Part shown: one piece after another, positions 53,819 to 64,000 of the stretch | How the letters are laid out: each line of letters opens with the position of its first letter | Numbering within the stretch: the stretch's first letter is position 1 | Source of the DNA: Eledone cirrhosa | Taxonomy: Eukaryota | Length of the DNA stretch: 64,000 bases | Assembly: GCA_964016885.1 (NCBI GenBank) | Contig: OZ024744.1 | Span: forward strand, 8,432,001-8,496,000 | Direction: 5' to 3' | Notes under the pieces: generated by a model | Database searches by the model: none | What the model was told of the DNA's origin: nothing | Seen by the model: only the letters and a program-made list of their open reading frames with translations | Position numbers and translations under genes: made by a program

Positions 53819-56800
53819 GTTGTATATATTATTGTAGTGTGGTGTATATTATAATAGTGTGGTGTATGTTATAGTAGTGTGATGGTGTATATGATAGTAG
53901 TGTTGTATATATTATAGTAGGGTTGTATATATCATAGTAGTGTGGCATATATTATTGTACTTTGGTATATATTATAGTAGTGTGGTGCTTATTATAGTAG
54001 TGTAGTGTATACTATAGTAGTGTGGTATATATTATAGTAGTTTCATGTATATTATAGTAGTGTGATATATATTATACTAGTGTGATATTTATTATATTAG
54101 TGTGGTGTAATCTATAGTAGTGTGGTATATATTATAGTAGTGTGGTATATGTCAGAGTAGTGTGGTATATATTATAGTAGTCTGGTTTATATTATAGTAG
54201 TGTGGTGTATATTATAGAAGTGTGGTATATATTATAGTAGTGTGGTATATACTATAGTAGTGTGGTGTATATTATAGTAGTGTGGTATATATATTATAGT
54301 AGTGTGGTATATATTATAGTAGTGTTGTGTATATTATATTAGTGTGGTATATATTACAGTAGTGTGGTGGTATATATTATATTAATGTGGTTTATATTAT
54401 AATCTTTTGGTATATATTATAGTAGTGTGGTGTTTATTATAGTAGTGTGGTGTATATTATAGTAGTGTGGTATAGTTTACACTAGTGTGGTGTATATTAT
54501 AGTAGTGTGGTGTATTTTATAGCAATGGGGTTTATATTATAGTAGTTTGATGTATATTATAGTAGTGTTGTATATATATTATAGTAGTGTGGTATATATT
54601 ATAGTAGTGTGGTGGTATATACTATGGTAGTGTGCTATATATTATAGTAGTGTGGTATATATTATAGTAGTGTGGTATATATTATAGTAGTTTGGTATAT
54701 ATTATAGTAGTGTGGTTTATATTATAGTAGTGTGATGTATCTCATATTAGTGTGGTGTATATGATAGTAGTGAGGTGGATGTTATAGTAGTGTGGTGGTG
54801 TATATTATAGTTGTGTGGTGTATATTACAGTAGTGTGGTATATATTATAATAGGGTGGTGCTACATTTTATAGTAATGTGTAACATATTATAGTAATGTG
54901 TTATATATTATAGTTTTGTTTTGTATATTATATTAGTGTGGTGTATATTATAGTAGTGTTGTGTATATTATGATAGTGTGGTGTATATTATAGTAGTGTT
55001 GTATAGTTTACACAAGTGTGGTATATATATTATAGTTGTGTGGTATATATTATATTAGTGAGGTGGTATATACTATAGTAGTGTGCTATATATTATAGTC
55101 GTGTGGTATATATTATAGTAATGTGGCGTATATTATAGTAGTTTTGGTATATTATTGTAGTGTGGTGTATATTAAATTAGTGTGGTGTATATTATAGTAG
55201 TGTGGTATATATTATAGTAGTGTGCTGTTTATTATAATAGTGTGACATATATTATAGTAGTGTGACATATATTAAAGTAGTGTGGTGTATATTATATTTG
55301 TTTGGTGTATATTATAGTAGTTTGGTGTATATTATAGTAATGTGGTGATGTATATTATAGTAGTGTGGTTTATATCATAGTAGTGTGGTATATATTATAG
55401 TAGTGTTTTGTATATTATAGTAGTGTGGTATATATATATTATAGTAGTATGTTATACGTTATAGTAGTGTGGTGTATATTATAGTGGTGGGGTATATATA
55501 TTATAGTAGTGTGGTATATATTATAGTAGTTTGGTGTATATTATAGTAGTGTGGTATATATCATATTAGTGTGGTTTATATAATAATCTTTTGGTATATA
55601 TTATAGTAGTGTGGTGTTTATTATAGTAGTGTCGTGTATACTATAGTAGTTTGGTGTATATATTATATTAGTGTCGTATATATTAAAGTATTGGGGTGTA
55701 TATTATAGTAGTGTGGTGGTATATATTATAGCAGTGTGGTATATAATATAGTAGTGTGGTGGTATATATTATTGTAGTGTACTATATATTATAGTAGTGT
55801 GGTGTATATTATAGTAGTGTAGAGTATATTATAGCAGTGTGATGTATATTATAGTAGTGTGGTGCATATATTTTTGTAGTGTGGTATATATTATAGTAGT
55901 CTGCTATATATTGTAGTAGTGTGGAATATATCATAGTTATGTGGTATATATTATAGTCGAGTGGTATATATTATAGTAGTGTGGGTATATTATAGTAGTG
56001 TAGTGTATATTATATTAGTGTGGTATATATTATAGTAGTGTGGTATATATTATAGTAGTGTGGTGTATATTATATTAGTGTGGTATATAGTATAGTAGTG
56101 AAGTTTATATTATAGTAGTGTGGTGTAAATTATAGTAGCGTGGTATATATTATAGTAGTGTAGTATATATTATAGTATTTTGGTACATACTATAGTAGTG
56201 TGGTGTTTATTATAGTAGTGTCGTGTATACTATAGTTGTGTGGTGTATATTATGGTAGTGTGGTGTAATTCATAGTAGTGTGGTATATATTATAGTAGTC
56301 TGGTATATATTATAGTAGTGATGTGGTATATACTATAGTATTATGCTATATATTATAGTCGTGTGGTATATATTATGGTAGTGTGGTGTATATTATGATA
56401 GTGTGGTGTATATTATAGTAGTGTGGTATATATTATTGTAGTGTGGTGTATATTATAGTAGTGTGGTGGAATATATTATAGTAGTGTGGTACATATTATA
56501 GTTTTGTGGTGTATATTATATTAGTGTGGTGTATATTATAGTAGTGTTGTGTATATTATCATAGTGTGGTGTATATTATAGTAGTTTGGTATATATTATA
56601 GTAGTGTGGTATATATTATAATAGGGTGGTGCTACATATTATAGTAATGTGTAACATATTATAGTAGTGCGTTATATATTATAGTTTTGTTTTGTATATT
56701 ATATTAGTGTGGTGTATATTATAGTAGTGTTGTGTATATTATGATAGTGTGGTGTATATTATAGTAGTGTGGTGTATATTATTGTAGTGTGGTGTATATT

Positions 56801-59800
56801 ATAGTAGTGTGGTGGAATATATTATAGTAGTGCGGTATATATTATAGCAGTGTGGTGTATAGTATTGCAGTGTTGTATAGTTTACACAAGTGTGGCGTAT
56901 ATTATAGTATTGTCGTGTATATTATAGCAGTGGTGTGTGTGTATATTGTAGTAGTGTGGTATATATTATAGTAGTGTGGTATATATATTATAGTAGTGTG
57001 GTATATGTTATAGTAGTGAGGTGGTATATACTATAGTAGTGTGCTATATATTATAGTCGTGTGGTATATATTATAGTAATGTGGCGTATATTAGAGTAGT
57101 TTTGGTATATTATTGTAGTGTGGTGTATATTAAAGTAGTGTGGTGTATATTATAGTAGTGTGGTATATATTATAGTAGTGTGCTGTTTATTATAATAGTG
57201 TGACATATATTATAGTAGTGTGACATATATTAATGTAGTGTGGTATATATTATATTTGTTTGGTGTAAATTATAGTAGTTTGGTGTATGTTATAGTAATG
57301 TGGTGATGTATATTATAGTAGTGTGGTGTATATTATAGTAGTGTGGTATATATTATAGTAGTGTTTTGTATATTATAGTAGTGTTGTATAGTTTACACTA
57401 GTGTGGTGTATATTATAGTAGTGTGATGTATATTATAGCAGTGGGGTGTATATTATAGTAGTGTGGTATATATGAGAGTAGTGTTGCAGATATTATAATA
57501 GTGTTGTATATATTATAGTAGTGTGGTAAATATTATAGCAGTGTTGTATATATTATAGTAGTGTGGTATATATTATAGTAGTGTGCTTTATATTATAATA
57601 GTGTGGTGTATCTTATATTAGCGTGTTGTATATTATAGTAGTGAGGTGGATGTTATAGTAGTGTGGTGGTGTATATTATAGTAGCGTGCTATATATTATA
57701 GGTGTGTGGTATATATTATTGTAGTGTGGTATTTATATTATAGTAGCGTGGTATATATTATAGTAGTGTGGTGTTTATTATAGTAGTATGGTATATATTA
57801 TAGTAGTGTGGTGTATATTATATTAGTGTGGTGTATATTATAGTAGTGTTGTGTATATTATGATAGTGTGGTGTATATTATAGTAGTTTGGTATATATTA
57901 TAGTAGTGTGGTGGGTATTATAGTAGTGTGGTGTATATTGTAGTAGTGTGGTGTATATTATAGTAGTGTGGCATATATATTATAGTAGTGTAGTATATAT
58001 TATAGTAGTGAGGTGGTATATACTATAGTAGTGTGGTGTATATTATATTAGTGTGGTATATATTATAGTCATGTGGTATATATTATAGTAGTGTAGTGTA
58101 TATTATATTAGTGTGGTATATATTATAGTCGTGTGTTATATATTATAGTAGTGTGGTGTATATTATTGTAGTGCGGTGTATGTTATAGTAGTGTGTTGGT
58201 GTATATTATAATAGTGTGGAGTATACTATAGTAGTGTGGTGTATATTATAATAATGTGGTATATATTATATCAGTGCGGTGTATTTTATAGTAGTGTTGT
58301 ATATATTATTCTAGTGTGGTATATATTATAATAGTGTGGTGTATGTTATAGTAGTGTGATGGTGTATATGATAGTAGTGTTGTATATATTATAGTAGGGT
58401 TGTATATATCATAGTAGTGTGGTATATATTATTGTACTTTGGTATATATTATAGTAGTGTGGTGCTTATTATAGTATTGTCGTGTATACTATAGTAGTGT
58501 GGTATATATTATAGTAGTTTCATGTATATTATAGTAGTGTGATATATATTACACTAGTGTGATATTTATTATATTAGTGTGGTGTAATCTATAGTAGTGT
58601 GGTATATATTATAGTAGTGTGGTGTATATTATAGTAGTGTGGTATATATATTATAGTAGTGTGGTATATATTATAGTAGTGTTGTGTATATTATATTATT
58701 GTGGTTTATATTATAATATATTGGTATATATTATAGTAGTGTGGTGTTTATTATAGTAGTGTGGTGTATATTATAGTAGTGTTGTATAGTTTACACTAGT
58801 GTGGTGTATATTATAGTAGTGTGGTGTATTTTATAGCAATGGGGTTTATATTATAGTAGTTTGATGTATATTATAGTAGTGTGGTATATATATTAGAGTA
58901 GTGTGGTATATATTATCGTAGTGTGGTGGTATATACTATGGTAGTGTGCTATATATTATAGTAGTGTGGTATATATTATAGTAGTTTGCTATATATTATT
59001 GTAGTGTTGTTTATATTATAGTAGTGTGGTGTATCTTATATTAGTGTGGTGTATATGATAGTAGTGAGGTGGATGTTATAGTAGTGTGGTGGTGTATATT
59101 ATAGTAGTGTGGTGTATATTACAGTAGTGTGGTATATATTATAATAGGGTGGAGCTACATATTATAGTAATGTGTAACATATTGTAGTAGTGTGTTATAT
59201 ATTATAGTTTTGTTTTGTATATTATATTAGTGTGGTGTATATTATAGTAGTATTGTGTATATTATGATAGTGTGGTGTATATTATAGTAGTGTGATGTAT
59301 ATTATTTTAGTGTGGTGTATATTATAGTAGTGTGGTGTATATATTATAGTAGTGTGGTCTATATTATAGCAGTGTGGTGTATAGTATTGTAGTGTTGTAT
59401 AGTTTACACAAGTGTGGCGTATATTATAGTATTGTTGTGTATATTATAGCAGTGGTGTGTGTGTATATTGTAGTAGTGTGGTATATATTATAGTAGTGTG
59501 GTATATATATTATAGTTGTGGGTATATATTATAGTAGTGAGGTGGTATATACTATAGTAGTGTGCTATATATTATAGTCGTGTGGTATATATTATAGTAA
59601 TGTGGCGTATATTATAGTGGTGTGGTATATTATTGTAGTGTGGTGTATATTAAAGTAGTGTGGTGTCTATTATAGTAGTGTGGTATATATTATAGTAGTG
59701 TGCTGTTTATTATAATAATGTGACATATATTATAGTAGTGTGACATATATTAAAGTAGTGTGGTGTATATTATATTTGTTTGGTGTATATTATAGTAGTG

Positions 59801-62800
59801 TGGTATATATTATAGTAGTGTTTTGTATATTATAGTAGTGTTGTATAGTTTACACTAGTGTGGTGTATATTATAGTAGTGTGATGTATATTATAGCAGTG
59901 GTGTGTATATTATAGTAGTGTGGTATATATGAGAGTAGTGTGGCATATATTATAATAGTGTTGTATATATTATAGTAGTGTGGTAAATATTATAGCAGTG
60001 TGGTATATATTATAGTAGTGTGGTATATATTATAGTAGTGTGGTTTATATGATAATAGTGTGGTGTATCTTATATTAGTGTGGTGTATATTATAGTAGTG
60101 AAATGGATGTTATAGTAGTGTGGTAGTGTATATTATAGTAGCGTGCTATATATTATAGGTGTGTGGTATATATTATTGTAGTGTGGTATTTATATTATAG
60201 TAGCGTGGTATATATTATAGTAGTGTGGTGTTTATTATAGTAGTGTGGTATATATTATAGTAGTGTGGTGTATATTATAGTAGTGTGGTATATAGTATAG
60301 TAGTGTTGTGGTATATATTATAGTAATGTGGTTTATATTATAATATTTTGGTTTATATTATAGTAGTGTGGTGTATCTTATATTAGTGTGGTGTATATTA
60401 TAGTAGTGTGGTGTATATTATAGTAAAGTGGTATATATATTATAGTAGAGTGGTATATATTATAGTAGTGTGGTGGTATATACTATAGTAGTGTGCTATA
60501 TATTATAGTAGTGTGGTGTTTATTATAGTAGTGTGGTATATATTATAGTAGTTTGGTGTATATTATAGTAGTGTGGTATATATTATAGTAGTGTGGTTTA
60601 TGTTATAATAGTGTGGTGTATCTTATATTAGTGTGGTGTATATTATAGTAGTGTGGTGTATATTATAGTAAAGTGGTATATATATTATAGTAGAGTGGTA
60701 TATATTATAGTAGTGTGGTGGTATATACTATAGTAGTGTGCTATATATTATAGTAGTGTGGTATATGTTATAGTAGTGTGGTGTATATTATAGTAGTGTG
60801 GTATGTATTATAGTACCGTGGTAGAATATCTTATAGAAATGTGGTATATATTATAGTTGTCTGGTGTATATTATAGTAGTGTGATATATATTATAGTAGT
60901 CTTGCACATATTATAGTAGTGTGGTGTATGTTATATTAGTGTGATGATGTATATTATAGCATTGTGATATATATTACTGTTGTGTGGCATATATTATAGT
61001 AGTGTAGTATATGTTGTAGTAATGTGGTATATATTATAGTATATATTATAATTTGGTATATATTATAATATGGTGTATATTATAGTAGTGTAGTATATAT
61101 TATTGTAGTCTGGTATATATTATAATAGTGTGGTGTATGTTATAGTAGTGTGATGGTGTATATTATAGTAGTGTTGTATATATTATAGTAGTCTTGTATA
61201 TATCGTAATAGTGTGTTATATATTATCGTAATTTGGTATATATTATAGTAGTGTCGTGTATACTATAGTAGTGTGGTATATATTATAGTAGTTTCGTGTA
61301 TATTATAGTAGTGTGATATATATTATAGTAGTGTGGTATATATTGTAGTAGTGTGGTATATATTATAATAGTGTGGTATATATTATTTTAGTGTCGTGTA
61401 TATTATAGTGATCTGGTGTATATTATAATAGTGTCGTGAATATTATGGTAGTGTTGAGTATATTATAGTAGTCTGATATATACTAGAGTAGTTTGGTATA
61501 TATTATAGTAGTGCTGTATATATTATAATAGTGTGGTGTATAATATATTAGTGTGGTATATATTACAGTAGTGATGTATACATTATAGTAGTGTGGTATA
61601 TATTATGATAGTGATGTATACATTATAGTAGTGTGGTGGATGTTATAGTAGTGTGGTGGTGTATATTATAGTATTGTGGTGTATATTATAATAGTGTGCT
61701 GCATATTATAATAGTGTAGCAAATATTATAGTAGGGTGGTATATATTACAGTAGTGTGGTGTATATTACAGTAGTGTTGTATATATTATAATAGGCTGGT
61801 GTTAGTAGTGTGGTATATATTATAGTAGTGTATATTATAGTAGTGTGGTGTATATTATAGTAGTGCGGTGTATATTATAGTAGTGTGGTATATACATTAT
61901 AGTAGAGTGGTATATTTTATAATAGTGTGATGTATTTTATAATAGTGTGGTAAATATTATAGTAGGGAGGTATATATTATAGTAGTGTGGTATATATTAT
62001 AGTAGTGTGGTGTATATTATAGTAGTGTGGTATATATTGTATTAGTGTGGTATATATTATAATAGTCTGGCATATATTATAGTAGTGTGGTGTATGTTAT
62101 AGTAGTGTGGTGGTGTATATTATAGTAGCGTAGCGTATATTATAGTAGTGTGGAATATATTACAGTAATATGGTGTATATTATAGTAGTGTGGTGTATAT
62201 TATAGTAGTTTGGTATATATTATAGTAGTCTGGTATATATTATAGTAGTGTGATGTATGTTATAGTAGTATGGTGGTGTATATTATAGTAGTGTAACCTA
62301 TATTATAGTACTGTACCGTACATTACAGTGGTGAGGTATACATTATAATAGGGTGGTGGTATATATTATAGTGGTGTGGTATATATTATAGTAGTGTGGT
62401 ATATATTATAGTAATGTGGTGTACATTCTAGTAGTGTGGCGTATATTATAGTAGAGTTGTGTATATTATGGTAGTGTGGTGTATATTATAGTAGTGTGGT
62501 GTATATTATAGTAGTGTGCTGTATATTATAATAGTGTGACATATATTATAGTAGTGTGACATACATTAAAGTAGTGTGGTGTATATTATATTTGTTTGGT
62601 GTACATTATAGTAGTTTGGTGTATATTATAGTAATGTGGTGATGTATATTATAGTAGTGTGGTGTATATTATAGTAGTGTGGTATATATTATAGTAGTGT
62701 TTTGTAGATTATATTAGTGTTGTATAAGTTACACTAGTGTGGTGTATATTATAGTAGTGTGATGTATATTATAGCAGTGGGGTGTATATTATAGTAGTGT

Positions 62801-64000
62801 GGTATATATGAGAGTAGTGTGGCATATATTATAATAGTGTTGTATATATTATAGTAGTGTGGTAAATATTATAGCTGTGTGGTATATATTATAGTAGTGT
62901 GGTTTATATTATAATAGTGTGGTGTATCTTATATTAGTGTGGTGTATATTATAGTAGTGAGTGGATGTTATAGTAGTGTGGTGGTGTATATTATAGTAGC
63001 GTGCTATATATTATAGGTGTGTGGTATATATTATTGTAGTGTGGTATTTATATTATAGTAGTGTGGTATATATTATAGTAGTGTGGTGTTTATTATAGTA
63101 GTGTGGTATATATTATAGTAGTGTGGTGTATATAATAGTAGTGTGGTATATATTATAGAAGTGTTGTGGTATATATTATAGTAATGTGGTTTATATTATA
63201 ATATTTTGGTATATATTATAGTAGTGTGGTGTTTATAATATTAGTGTGCTGTATATTATAGCAGCGGGGTGTATATTATAGTAGTGTGGTGTATATTATA
63301 GTAATGTGGTATATATATTATAGTAGAGTGGTATATATTATAGTAGTGTGGTGGTATATACTATAGTAGTGTGCTATATATTATAGTAGTGTGGTATATG
63401 TTATAGTAGTGTGGTGTATATTATAATAGTGTGGTATGTATTACAGTACTGTGGTAGTATATCTTATAGAAATGTGGTATATATTATAGCTGTCTGGTGT
63501 ATATTATAGTAGTGTGATTTATATTATAGTAGTGTTGCACATATTATAGTAGGGTGGTGTATGTTATATTAGTGTGATGATGTATATTATAGCATTGTGA
63601 TATATATTACTGTTGTGTGGCATATATTATTGTAGTGGAGTATATGTTGTAGTAATGTGGTATATATTATAGTATATATTATCATGTGGTATATGTTATA
63701 ATATGGTGTATATTATAGTAGTGTAGTATATATTATTGTAGTCTGGTATATATTATAATAGTATGGTGTATGTTATAGTAGTGTGGTGGATGTTATAGTA
63801 GTGTGGTGGTGTATATCATAGTAGCGTGCTATATATTATAGGTGTGTGGTATATATTATTGTAGTGTGGTATTTACATTATAGTAGCGTGGTATATATTA
63901 TAGTAGTGTGGTGTTTATTATAGTAGTGTGGTATATATTATAGTAGTGTGGTGTATATTATAGTAGTGTGGTATATATTATAGTAGTGTGTTATATATTA

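Larger units (their letters stand above)
16891..64000 (-). repeat. Satellite B right arm, same monomer in reverse orientation (TATATTATAGTAGTGTGGT[A/G]), continues off the right edge
   Basis: Reverse complement of the left-arm monomer from 16891 to the end, interrupted by insertions at ~18411, 26656, 27363 and 50786; contains kb-scale duplications. Confidence 0.97.

Noticed and set aside
1-64000. CRISPR array or retron/DGR-like RT-plus-repeat system
   Set aside because: Monomers are contiguous with no unique spacers, there are no cas or accessory genes, and the RT is a eukaryotic APE-type LINE inserted secondarily.
2285-64000. Thousands of TATAAT/TATA-like boxes
   Set aside because: Intrinsic to the AT-rich monomer; no evidence of promoter function.

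Overview
Eukaryotic heterochromatin-like window with no host protein-coding gene and nothing prokaryotic. About 93% is tandem satellite DNA from two unrelated 20-bp families. SatA (ACTTGGTCACATAACCTCTG) spans 1-~2274. SatB (ACCACACTACTATAATATA[T/C]) spans ~2285-64000 and flips orientation once at 16890/16891. Eight retroposon insertions interrupt SatB: five copies or fragments of one tRNA-derived SINE family, and three different RTE-like LINEs. The LINEs are a degraded, internally deleted copy, a ~185-bp 3' stub, and a young 3-kb 5'-truncated copy whose ORF is uninterrupted and carries a PHD-like C4HC3 finger inside the RT region. From memory, the SINE and the RTE 3' end resemble octopus/cephalopod repeats (inference, not a database result). 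The most notable patterns: retroposon tails match rare satellite variants at their target sites, several junctions carry templated fold-back scars, and paralogous empty sites are preserved in kb-scale satellite duplications. I could not support a wholly new gene system here.
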